Source: Candidatus Nanopelagicales bacterium
Lineage (GTDB): Bacteria > Actinomycetota > Actinomycetes > S36-B12
Direction of reading: 5' to 3'
Assembly: GCA_017857175.1 (NCBI GenBank)
Contig: JAFMDS010000001.1
Span: 55,088 to 119,087 of the forward strand
Length of the DNA stretch: 64,000 nucleotides
In this document: piece after piece, positions 40,834-49,262 of the stretch
Layout of the letters: each line of letters opens with the position of its first letter
Numbering within the stretch: the stretch's first letter is position 1
Made by a program: the position numbers and the translations under genes
The notes under the pieces: generated by a model
Seen by the model: only the letters and a program-made list of their open reading frames with translations
Told to the model about the DNA's origin: nothing
Databases searched by the model: none

Positions 40834-42321
40834 TTAACGAGTGAGTGGGAAGCCGAGATCCACCGATGATGTTGATGGGTCAGGCCAACGGGACGTAACC
40901 GTTTTGGTGCGGGTGTAGAACTCGAGGCCTGCTGGTCCATACATATTGATGTCGCCGAACAGCGAGGCCTTCCAGCCGCCAAAGCTGTAGTAGCCAACAG
41001 GAACGGGGATGGGAACGTTGATTCCCACCATGCCAACTTGGATGTCAAACTGGAATTGACGCGCGGCTCCACCGTCACGGGTGAAGATCGCTGTGCCATT
41101 ACCGTATTGATGCTTGTTGATTAGGTCCACAGCGTCTTCATAGGTATCAACGCGAGTGATGCTCAGCACTGGTCCAAAGATCTCTTCGTCATAGACCTTC
41201 ATCCCAGGTTTGACATTGTCAATGAGTGACGGAGCAAGAAAGAAACCTTCAGCGGGAAGATCGTTCACACGACCGTCCACCACGAGTGTTGCACCTTCTG
41301 CTGCAGCACCCTCGAGATACGAGGCCACCTTGTCTCGATGTTCACGAGTGATAAGCGGACCCATTTCAGCAGTGGGGTCCGTGCCGGGGCCAGTGATCAA
41401 CTTGGGTAGGCGTTCCTGGATTGCTTCGATTAATTTGTCGCCGATTCCGCCCACGGCCACGACAACGGAGATAGCCATGCAGCGCTCACCGGCGGAACCA
41501 AAACCAGCACTGACAGCAGCGTCAGCAGCCATATTGATATCGGCATCGGGCAGAACCACCATGTGGTTTTTAGCTCCACCAAGTGCTTGAACGCGCTTAC
41601 CGTTGGCAGTTCCCGTTGAGTAGATGTAGCGCGCGATGGGAGTTGAGCCGACAAAGCTGATGGCAGCAATTGCGGGGTGTTCAAGCAGGCGATCAACAGC
41701 AACCTTGTCCCCTTGAAGAACGGTGAAGACGCCATCGGGTAGGCCGGCCTTTTTCAACAGCTCGGCCATGTAGAGGGAAACGGAGGGATCCTTTTCACTG
41801 GGCTTGAGCACAAAGCAGTTGCCTGTTGCGATGGCATTTGCAAACATCCACATGGGAACCATTGCTGGGAAGTTAAATGGAGTAATGCCTGCCACGACGC
41901 CGAGTGGTTGGCGGAGGGAATAAACGTCGATCCCGGATGACACCTGCTCGCTGTATCCACCTTTGAGCAACGTGGGGATACTGCACGCAAATTCGATGTT
42001 CTCAATTCCTCGAGCAAGTTCTCCGGCAGCATCGCTGGGCACTTTTCCGTGTTCGATGGATACGAGTTCAGCGATGTAGTCCCTGTTTTCTACAACCAAT
42101 TCACGAAACCGAAACATGATCTCGGTGCGCTTAGAAATTGACATGGAGCGCCAAGTGACATAAGCCCGTGCGGCTGACTCGATTGCTGCGTCAACTTCGG
42201 AGACGCTGGCCAGACCCACCTGGGCTTGTTGTTCACCCGTAGCAGGATTAAACACGGGGGCAAAAGAGCCCGAGGTAGATGGCGTTAGTTTTCCGTCGAT
42301 CCAATGGTCAATCGTCTTCAC
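40834..42321 (-). CDS. mmsA: CoA-acylating methylmalonate/malonate-semialdehyde dehydrogenase
   Basis: 495 aa. ITPFNFPAMVPMWMF, FVLKPSEKDP, catalytic Cys GERCMA, C-terminal FYTRTKTVTSRW typical of MmsA. Confidence 0.9.
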   Translation of the reverse strand: MKTIDHWIDGKLTPSTSGSFAPVFNPATGEQQAQVGLASVSEVDAAIESAARAYVTWRSMSISKRTEIMFRFRELVVENRDYIAELVSIEHGKVPSDAAGELARGIENIEFACSIPTLLKGGYSEQVSSGIDVYSLRQPLGVVAGITPFNFPAMVPMWMFANAIATGNCFVLKPSEKDPSVSLYMAELLKKAGLPDGVFTVLQGDKVAVDRLLEHPAIAAISFVGSTPIARYIYSTGTANGKRVQALGGAKNHMVVLPDADINMAADAAVSAGFGSAGERCMAISVVVAVGGIGDKLIEAIQERLPKLITGPGTDPTAEMGPLITREHRDKVASYLEGAAAEGATLVVDGRVNDLPAEGFFLAPSLIDNVKPGMKVYDEEIFGPVLSITRVDTYEDAVDLINKHQYGNGTAIFTRDGGAARQFQFDIQVGMVGINVPIPVPVGYYSFGGWKASLFGDINMYGPAGLEFYTRTKTVTSRWPDPSTSSVDLGFPLTR

Positions 42322-42375
42322 AGTATTAGCTCCATAGTTGATTGTTGTGATATTGATTTGGTTCCGATTGCGCTG

Positions 42376-43794
42376 TTAGGTCAAGTATTGCGAAAGTCCA
42401 CGCTTGAGGAACTTCCCGTGCCCCTTAGCGCCGTGGTATTCGTTGTTCTCGACAACGACCTTGCCGCGTGAAATCACCGTGTCAACATGTCCATCGATGA
42501 CGGTACCTTCCCAAGCGGAATGGTCCATATTCATGTGGTGGGTCTTGTTCAGCCCGATTTCTGTGCGGCCAGCTGGGTTGTAGATGACGACATCGGCATC
42601 GGATCCAGGAGCGAGAGCGCCCTTTTGTGGATAAAGCCCGAACATGCGGGCGGGGGTTGTTGAACACAATTCCACCCAGCGCTCCAAGCTGATTTGTCCA
42701 TCGACCACTCCCTGATAGATCAGATCCATGCGGTGTTCGACTGAACCAATGCCATTGGGGATTTTTGAGAAATCTCCTACTCCAAGTTCTTTTTGCTCCT
42801 TGAAGCAGAAAGGACAATGGTCAGTGCTGATGATTGAGAGGTCATTTGTGCGCAGGTAGCGCCAAAGTTCTTGTTGGTGTCCCTCTTCTTTGGATCGCAG
42901 TGGTGTCGAGCAGACCCACTTTGCACCTTCAAAGCCTGGTTGCGAAAGGTGATCTTCGAGCGAGAGGTAGAGGTACTGGGGGCACGTCTCCCCGAATACA
43001 TTCCAGCCTTCGTCTTTAGCGCCCTGCAGAACATTGACCGCTTGTTTCGCGGACATATGAACGATGTATAGGGGCGCGCCAGTCATCCGAGCCAACATGA
43101 TCGCCCTGTTAGTTGCCTCAGCTTCTGTTTCCCAAGGACGGGTGAGGGAGTGGTACTTAGGGTCCGTTTTGCCCTCGGCCAAGGCTTGGGCAACCAGAAC
43201 ATCGATAGCTATGCCATTCTCGGCATGCATCATGATCATGGACCCGTTGTTGACGGCCGTCTGCATGGCTCGAAGGATTTGACCGTCGTCACTGTAGAAA
43301 ACACCTGGGTAGGCCATAAACAGTTTGAAGCTGGTGATGCCTTCATTGACGAGTTCGTCCATCGCTTTCAAAGAGTCATCATCGACTCCGCCAATTATTT
43401 GGTGAAAGGAGTAATCGATATGACAGTTTCCCGCCGCCTTGCCATGCCAGGTGGCGAGTCCATCTTGGACGCGCTCACCATATTTCTGAACAGCGAAGTC
43501 GATGATGGTGGTGGTACCGCCCCACGCCGCGGCGCGAGTACCAGTTTCGAACGTGTCTGATGCGAATGTGCCACCAAATGGGAGCTCCATGTGAGTGTGC
43601 GAGTCGATGCCACCGGGAATCACATACTTATTTGTGGCATCGATAACGCGGTCCACGGAGTGTTCAATCTCAGAACCGAGTGTTGTGTCGCCAGGAGCAA
43701 TCACAGCCGCAATTGTTTCCCCATCAATCAGGACATTGGCCAGTGATGTTCCCAGCGGTGTAACCACTGATCCGTTCTTGATCAAAATCTTCAT
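42376..43794 (-). CDS. dihydropyrimidinase / D-hydantoinase
   Basis: 472 aa cyclic amidohydrolase: GGIDSHTHM, carboxylated-Lys context SFKLFMAY, MMHAENG, HMS, STDHCPF. Confidence 0.92.
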   Translation of the reverse strand: MKILIKNGSVVTPLGTSLANVLIDGETIAAVIAPGDTTLGSEIEHSVDRVIDATNKYVIPGGIDSHTHMELPFGGTFASDTFETGTRAAAWGGTTTIIDFAVQKYGERVQDGLATWHGKAAGNCHIDYSFHQIIGGVDDDSLKAMDELVNEGITSFKLFMAYPGVFYSDDGQILRAMQTAVNNGSMIMMHAENGIAIDVLVAQALAEGKTDPKYHSLTRPWETEAEATNRAIMLARMTGAPLYIVHMSAKQAVNVLQGAKDEGWNVFGETCPQYLYLSLEDHLSQPGFEGAKWVCSTPLRSKEEGHQQELWRYLRTNDLSIISTDHCPFCFKEQKELGVGDFSKIPNGIGSVEHRMDLIYQGVVDGQISLERWVELCSTTPARMFGLYPQKGALAPGSDADVVIYNPAGRTEIGLNKTHHMNMDHSAWEGTVIDGHVDTVISRGKVVVENNEYHGAKGHGKFLKRGLSQYLT

Positions 43795-43809
43795 GGTGTC
43801 TGGACCTTT

Positions 43810-44658
43810 CTATGGGCGTACGAGATCGTCGTAGGCATCGGGGCGGCGGTCACGGTAGAACTGCCAGCGGGTGCGAACCGTCGTAATGAGCTCGAGATCC
43901 AAGTCGCGCACAATGAGTTCAGGCTTATAGGCGTCACCTTTTTCGCCGACATAACTACCCTCTGGATCAATGAAATAGGACTGACCATAGAAGTCGTCAT
44001 CGCCAAGATCTTCGATTCCCACCCGGTTAATCGCCCCAACGTAATACTCGTTGGCAACGGCGGCGGCAGGTTGCTCAATTGACCACAGATATTGAGAGAG
44101 GCCACGTGAAGTTGCCGACGGATTGAACACGATTTGAGCCCCGTTCAGGCCCAATGCGCGCCAGCCTTCGGGGAAATGTCGGTCATAACAGATGTACACG
44201 CCAATTTTTCCGACCGCCGTATCAAAAACTGGGTAACCCCCGTTGCCTGGACGGAAGTAGAACTTCTCCCAAAAACCCTTGACATGTGGAATGTGCTGCT
44301 TGCGGTACTTGCCCAGATAGCTGCCATCAGCATCGACAACGGCGGCCGTGTTGTAGAGGAACCCAGGACCTGCATCCTCGTACATGGGGAGGACCATGAC
44401 CATTTCGAGTTCGCGGGCAAGTTTCTGGAATCTTTCAGTGGTGGGTCCTGGAATTGATTCAGCGTATTCGTAGAACTGAGCGTCCTGAACCTGGCAAAAG
44501 TACGGGCCATAGAAAAGTTCTTGGAAGCAAATGACTTTAACGCCCTGAGCCGCGGCTTCGCGTGCGTAGTCCTCGTGCTTCTGAATCATTGATTCTTTAT
44601 CTCCGGTCCAGTCTGTCTGGACGAGAGCCGCTCTAACTGTTGTCATCTGATCCTCCAT
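43810..44658 (-). CDS. nitrilase-superfamily N-carbamoyl amidohydrolase (beta-ureidopropionase-like)
   Basis: 282 aa. E-K-C triad contexts CFQELF, YRKQHIP, VYICYDRHFPE. First gene of the operon. Confidence 0.85.
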   Translation of the reverse strand: MEDQMTTVRAALVQTDWTGDKESMIQKHEDYAREAAAQGVKVICFQELFYGPYFCQVQDAQFYEYAESIPGPTTERFQKLARELEMVMVLPMYEDAGPGFLYNTAAVVDADGSYLGKYRKQHIPHVKGFWEKFYFRPGNGGYPVFDTAVGKIGVYICYDRHFPEGWRALGLNGAQIVFNPSATSRGLSQYLWSIEQPAAAVANEYYVGAINRVGIEDLGDDDFYGQSYFIDPEGSYVGEKGDAYKPELIVRDLDLELITTVRTRWQFYRDRRPDAYDDLVRP

Positions 44659-44703
44659 TGCCGCCCTGAATTGGCAGTTTTATTTTTACAAACCTATTGA
44701 TGA

Positions 44704-44761
44704 AATTGTGTTATTCAATAGACTAGACGAATCCAATTGTGTTACACAGCGTTTTAACACA
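44704..44761. promoter_or_regulatory. repeat operator candidate in the divergent promoter region (beta-ureidopropionase operon / MocR gene)
   Basis: AATTGTGTTA at 44704-44713 and again at 44735-44744 (31 nt apart). Inverted partner TAACACA at 44755-44761, giving GTGTTA-n10-TAACAC. The spacer is AT-rich. Confidence 0.5.
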
Positions 44762-44820
44762 TTCGTTACATGTCGCGGGACTGGAAGCCAGTCTCAGCGC
44801 CCTACGAGGGGGTGAGATCC

Positions 44821-46269
44821 ATGGCAATCGATTCTGTTTCACCGATGGTCGCGGCAAGGCACCAAATGGAGGATCCCCAGGAATTCGTTGCCTCGCTGCT
44901 CCACACCTCTGAAGACCGAACCGCCAAAGGCATTGCGGCCTCGGTGCACAGGTTGATCACGGCAGGAATTTTGCGCCCAGGTGACAGGCTGCCAACAGTC
45001 CGGGAAATCAGTGCCCAACTCGGGGTGAGTCCGGCAACCGTCAGTGAGGCCTGGCAGTCACTGGCCCTGGTCGGCGCCCTCACCACGAGAGGTCGCGCGG
45101 GTACCTTTGTTGCCCTCGCGACGCCCGGAACAGGACCAACTCGGTTCATGGGGCTGGGCGGTCCTCAGAGTGCGGTCGGCCTCGACCTTTCACGGGGCAC
45201 GCCTGACCCGGCACTTCTGCCATCGCTCCTCTCAGCCGTTGAAAGAGTCACCCGTGGCCAGAACGAATGGTCGAGCAGTTATTTCGATGAACCAGTGTTG
45301 GGCGCTCTGGAGGATGAATTGCGCCGAACCTGGCCATTTGCTCCTGAGCGGATCACCGTGGTCGATGGGGCCCTTGACGCGCTCTCTCGAATCATTGATC
45401 ACGTTGTTTCATTTGGTGACCGAATAGTTGTTGAATCCCCCGGATTTCCTCCGTTATTTGATCTGTTGGAGCGGGCTGGTGCACAAATGTTGGCAGTGTC
45501 CATGGACGAACAAGGAATCGTGCCTGAAGAGTTGGCCCGGGCATTGGAGTTTGATCCTGCGGCCGTTTTCATTCAACCGCGGGCCCAAAATCCCACGGGG
45601 ACAAGCATGACAACCCTTAGATCGTCCGAGTTAGCGCAAATTTTAAGTAGCTCAGCCTGTTGGATCATTGAAGATGATCACAGCGGAGACATCGCACAGG
45701 CGGACGATGTGAGTATCGGACGATACATCCCAGAGCGTTGCATTCACATTCGAAGTTACTCCAAGTCCCATGGACCTGACCTACGCATAGCTGCTCTGGG
45801 TGGCCCATCTGAAGTCATTGAAGCAATCATCAATCGAAGGATGCTCGGCCCAGGTTGGACCAGCAGGCTCCTCCAGGGAACCCTTGTCGAGTTGCTGACA
45901 CATGCAGAACCCATCGCGGCTGTGGCACACGCACGTGAGGCTTATGCCTTGCGCAGCACGCACCTGCGCGAATCGCTCATGGATCGAGGGATCGCCTGCA
46001 GTCCCGGTGATGGAATCAATGTCTTGGTCTCGGTCAATGACGAGCGCAGTGCCCTTGTAACGCTCGCAGCAGCAGGCATCAGGGTCGCACCGGGTGAACC
46101 ATTTCACCTTTCCAAAAACACAAGTTTGACGGGAAATGCACCTCGATCAGCATCGGTCCGGGTGACATCGGGAATGCTCAGTGATCATCCGGGAGAAATC
46201 GAATCCACGGCACAAAGTATCGCTATCGCGAGCCTGGGGGTTGAGGGCTTCGATGCGCATCGAAGATAA
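44821..46269 (+). CDS. MocR/GabR-type regulator (GntR wHTH fused to an aminotransferase-like PLP domain)
   Basis: N-terminus RLPTVREISAQLGVSPATVSEAWQSL (GntR HTH). C-terminal fold-type-I domain with SYSKSHGPDLRIAAL. ATG 44821 follows GGGGGTGA. The ORF-track start is 44770. Confidence 0.85.
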   Translation: MAIDSVSPMVAARHQMEDPQEFVASLLHTSEDRTAKGIAASVHRLITAGILRPGDRLPTVREISAQLGVSPATVSEAWQSLALVGALTTRGRAGTFVALATPGTGPTRFMGLGGPQSAVGLDLSRGTPDPALLPSLLSAVERVTRGQNEWSSSYFDEPVLGALEDELRRTWPFAPERITVVDGALDALSRIIDHVVSFGDRIVVESPGFPPLFDLLERAGAQMLAVSMDEQGIVPEELARALEFDPAAVFIQPRAQNPTGTSMTTLRSSELAQILSSSACWIIEDDHSGDIAQADDVSIGRYIPERCIHIRSYSKSHGPDLRIAALGGPSEVIEAIINRRMLGPGWTSRLLQGTLVELLTHAEPIAAVAHAREAYALRSTHLRESLMDRGIACSPGDGINVLVSVNDERSALVTLAAAGIRVAPGEPFHLSKNTSLTGNAPRSASVRVTSGMLSDHPGEIESTAQSIAIASLGVEGFDAHRR

Positions 46270-46327
46270 ACAGGATTCCGATATTCCGCCACGTAGCAAT
46301 CTAAGTCAAGCTAGTGCCATTTGCCTT

Positions 46328-46365
46328 GTGGGTCCACAACCTGCAATTATCGGTTGGTGGCCCAC
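46328..46365 (+). promoter_or_regulatory. hairpin that would sequester the ribosome-binding region of the downstream ALDH gene
   Basis: gtgggtccac (46328-46337) pairs with gtggcccac (46357-46365), about 9 bp with one bulge. The 3' arm ends at the ATG (46366) and contains the GGTGG SD-like element. Confidence 0.3.
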
Positions 46366-47820
46366 ATGAATGAGCGTGATGTAACCCAAGGCGACTGGAA
46401 AGTCATTAACCCAGCCAATGGCTCCGTTGTTGAGACGATCCAATTAGCAGGAGTTGAGCAGGTTCATCAGGCTGTTGCCGCGGCAAGGCAGGCGTTCCCA
46501 ATGTGGTCACGAACCACACCGGGGGAGCGCAGTGCGCTTTTGTTGGCCTTGGCACGCAGACTCGAGGAGCGCTTTGAGGAATATGTACAGGTTGAGTCCA
46601 CTCAAACGGGCAAACCATTGCGGTTGTGCCGAGAATTTGATGTCCCAGGATCAATCGACAACATCTACTTTTTTGCGGGTATCGCGCGAAACTTGGAAGG
46701 TAAAGCATCCGTTGAGTGGGTGAGCAACCTCAATTCAAGTATTCGCAGGGAGCCGGTGGGCGTGATTGGCTCAATTGCGCCATGGAATTACCCACTTCAA
46801 ATGGCAGTGTGGAAAATCCTCCCAGCGATTGCGGCCGGAAACACGATAGTTCTCAAGCCTGCTGAGCTAACGCCGCTGACAGCGCTAATGCTTGTTGAGG
46901 ACTGTTTGGCAGCGGGATTCCCACCAGGCGTGGTCAACGTGGTCGTGGGCATCGGGCGAATCGTGGGAGAAGCTCTGGTGTCACATCCCGAGGTAGACAT
47001 GGTCTCGTTTACCGGGTCAACGGCAGTTGGTCGAAGGGTCATGGAACTGGCCACTGGTGGTATCAAAAGGGTTCATCTGGAACTGGGGGGAAAGGCTCCA
47101 TTCGTAGTTTTTGCCGACGCCGATCTCGATGCTGCAATCCAAGGTGCGGCGGCAGGCGCTCTCATAAACACTGGTCAAGACTGCACGGCGGCAACGCGCG
47201 CCTACGTCGACTCGAGTATTTACCCTCAATTTGTTGAGGGTGTACGCACCCTTTTCGGTTCGATTCGTGTGGGTGATCCAGGCGATCCGTCCACCGATAT
47301 TGGACCCCTCACTTCGAAAGCGCAGCAAGAGAGAGTTGTTGGGTTTGTTAACCGTGCCCGCGATGCTGGAGCCCTCATCGAGGTAGGTGGGCAAGTGACG
47401 GGTGATCCCAATGGCGCCTACTACCTGCCGACAGTGATTACCGGAGCAGATCACGACTCAGAAATCGCCTCAGAGGAAATATTTGGCCCGGTGCTCGTGG
47501 TTATTCCATTTGATGGCGATGACGAAGGTCTAGCTTTGGCAAATGACAGTCGCTACGGCCTAGCGGCTTCGGCGTGGACGACATCGGTGATTCGTTCGGA
47601 GAGGGCTCAGCGAGAACTTAACGCTGGCACCGTGTGGATCAACGATCACATTCCCATCATGAGTGAAATGCCCCATGGTGGGTTCAACGGCTCCGGGTTT
47701 GGTAAAGACATGTCCACATACTCATTGGATGAGTACACCCGCATTAAGCATGTTGCGGTGGATATCTCGGGTGACGCGCAAAAAGAGTGGCATCGAACAA
47801 TATTTTCAATCAAGGAATGA
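46366..47820 (+). CDS. NAD(P)-dependent aldehyde dehydrogenase (aminoaldehyde/guanidinoaldehyde type), paralog of 34506-35948
   Basis: IAPWNYPLQMAVWK, VLKPAELTP, ELGGKAP, GQDCTAATR. C-terminus almost colinear with the other ALDH (EYTRIKHV). Confidence 0.88.
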   Translation: MNERDVTQGDWKVINPANGSVVETIQLAGVEQVHQAVAAARQAFPMWSRTTPGERSALLLALARRLEERFEEYVQVESTQTGKPLRLCREFDVPGSIDNIYFFAGIARNLEGKASVEWVSNLNSSIRREPVGVIGSIAPWNYPLQMAVWKILPAIAAGNTIVLKPAELTPLTALMLVEDCLAAGFPPGVVNVVVGIGRIVGEALVSHPEVDMVSFTGSTAVGRRVMELATGGIKRVHLELGGKAPFVVFADADLDAAIQGAAAGALINTGQDCTAATRAYVDSSIYPQFVEGVRTLFGSIRVGDPGDPSTDIGPLTSKAQQERVVGFVNRARDAGALIEVGGQVTGDPNGAYYLPTVITGADHDSEIASEEIFGPVLVVIPFDGDDEGLALANDSRYGLAASAWTTSVIRSERAQRELNAGTVWINDHIPIMSEMPHGGFNGSGFGKDMSTYSLDEYTRIKHVAVDISGDAQKEWHRTIFSIKE

Positions 47821-47979
47821 AATTAGGACAGGGAAAGGTCATTTCGGGCGATAATACGGCTAGATACACGGGATGAAACACTAGGATAAGTTTTGCTCGA
47901 AGATTTGATAGAAGGTCTTCGAGGCAATGAATTTGGTGGGGAGTGACCTCGCCGCAACGTTATAAGGGAGAGGAATTTC

Positions 47980-49197
47980 ATGACAACCAAGCGCCCCGAG
48001 GCCGTCGCTGCAATAGCAGGCCAGATGCGATCAGCCGTTTCACGTCGCAGGCTCCTGCAGGTTGCAGGTATTGGTAGCGCAGCCATGGTTGCTGCAGCCT
48101 GTGGTACAGGATCGAGTGACTCAGCAGGTGGCGAAGCAAGTGCGTCAGCTGCTGAAGACATGTCCGACACCGAAAAGGTTGTTAACTGGTCCAACTGGCC
48201 GCTCTATCTTGATGTCAACGAAGATACGGGCGAGTACCCCACGCTTGCCGCATTCGAAGAGGCAACCGGCATTGATGTCACTTACACCGAAGACGTCAAT
48301 GACAACAATGAATTCTTTGCCAAGGTTCGCACTCAACTAGAGCAGGGCCAAGATATTGGTCGAGATCTCGTCGTTTTGACCGACTGGATGGCGGCTCTGT
48401 GGATTCAATCCGGATTCGCGCAAAAGTTTGACAAAGCGATGATTCCGAACTCGGGAAACATCATCCCTCGCCTCGCTGAAGTTAGTTTTGATAAGCCTCG
48501 TGAGTACACCATGCCGTGGCAATCAGGTTTTGCTGGACTGGGCTACAACGTGCCCGCATTGCAAAGCGCAATGGGTAAGGATGCGCTCACGTCATTAGAT
48601 GAGCTATTTGACCCTGCTCTCAAGGGGCGCATCACCCTTCTCTCCGAGATGCGCGACACCATGGGCTGCATCTTGGCGTGGAAAGGGTTTGACCCATCCA
48701 ACTTCACCGATGCACAGTTCGAAGAGGCAATTGCTGCCTTGACCGAGCAAGTCGACAACGGTCAGGTCCGCCAGGTGACAGGTAACGATTACATTGCCGC
48801 AATGGAAAGTGGTGACGTCATAGCAGTTATTGGTTGGTCCGGGGACGTTATCGCTCTGGGAGAGGACTTTGGTTTCTCGCTTCCAGAAAGTGGTGGAACT
48901 CTGTGGACGGACAATATGTTGATCCCAGCCTTAGCTCAGCACAAGAAGAATGCTGAGATGGTTATTAACAACTATTACGACCCGGCAGTAGCGGCTGAAG
49001 TCGCGGCCTACGTCAACTACATCTGCCCAGTTGAAGGCGCTCAAGCCGAAATGGAAAAGATCGATCCTGATCTCGCAACAGATGAATACATTTTCCCATC
49101 GAGTGCCATGCTGGATCGCGCCTATGTGTTCATGGAGTTGACACCTGAGCAAAATGAGAGTTACAGCCGACTGTTTGAAAAGGCGATCGGAAACTAA
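47980..49197 (+). CDS. potD: spermidine/putrescine-type ABC substrate-binding lipoprotein (PotD/PotF family) with a Tat-like signal
   Basis: SRRRLLQVAGIGSAAMVAAAC (twin-Arg plus lipobox), then a PotD-like fold (NWSNWPLYLD, YNVP, GWSGD). Confidence 0.85.
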   Translation: MTTKRPEAVAAIAGQMRSAVSRRRLLQVAGIGSAAMVAAACGTGSSDSAGGEASASAAEDMSDTEKVVNWSNWPLYLDVNEDTGEYPTLAAFEEATGIDVTYTEDVNDNNEFFAKVRTQLEQGQDIGRDLVVLTDWMAALWIQSGFAQKFDKAMIPNSGNIIPRLAEVSFDKPREYTMPWQSGFAGLGYNVPALQSAMGKDALTSLDELFDPALKGRITLLSEMRDTMGCILAWKGFDPSNFTDAQFEEAIAALTEQVDNGQVRQVTGNDYIAAMESGDVIAVIGWSGDVIALGEDFGFSLPESGGTLWTDNMLIPALAQHKKNAEMVINNYYDPAVAAEVAAYVNYICPVEGAQAEMEKIDPDLATDEYIFPSSAMLDRAYVFMELTPEQNESYSRLFEKAIGN

Positions 49198-49202
49198 ACC
49201 CA

Positions 49203-49242
49203 GTGTGGGGGTCGATTAAATTCGATCCCCACACTTCTTTTT
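49203..49242 (+). terminator. rho-independent terminator/attenuator between potD and potA
   Basis: gtgtgggggtcga-ttaaat-tcgatccccacac: a 13-bp stem (one G-U pair) followed by TTCTTTTT. It starts 6 nt after the potD stop. Confidence 0.8.
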
Positions 49243-49262
49243 AAAAACAATAATTCCCCGCA

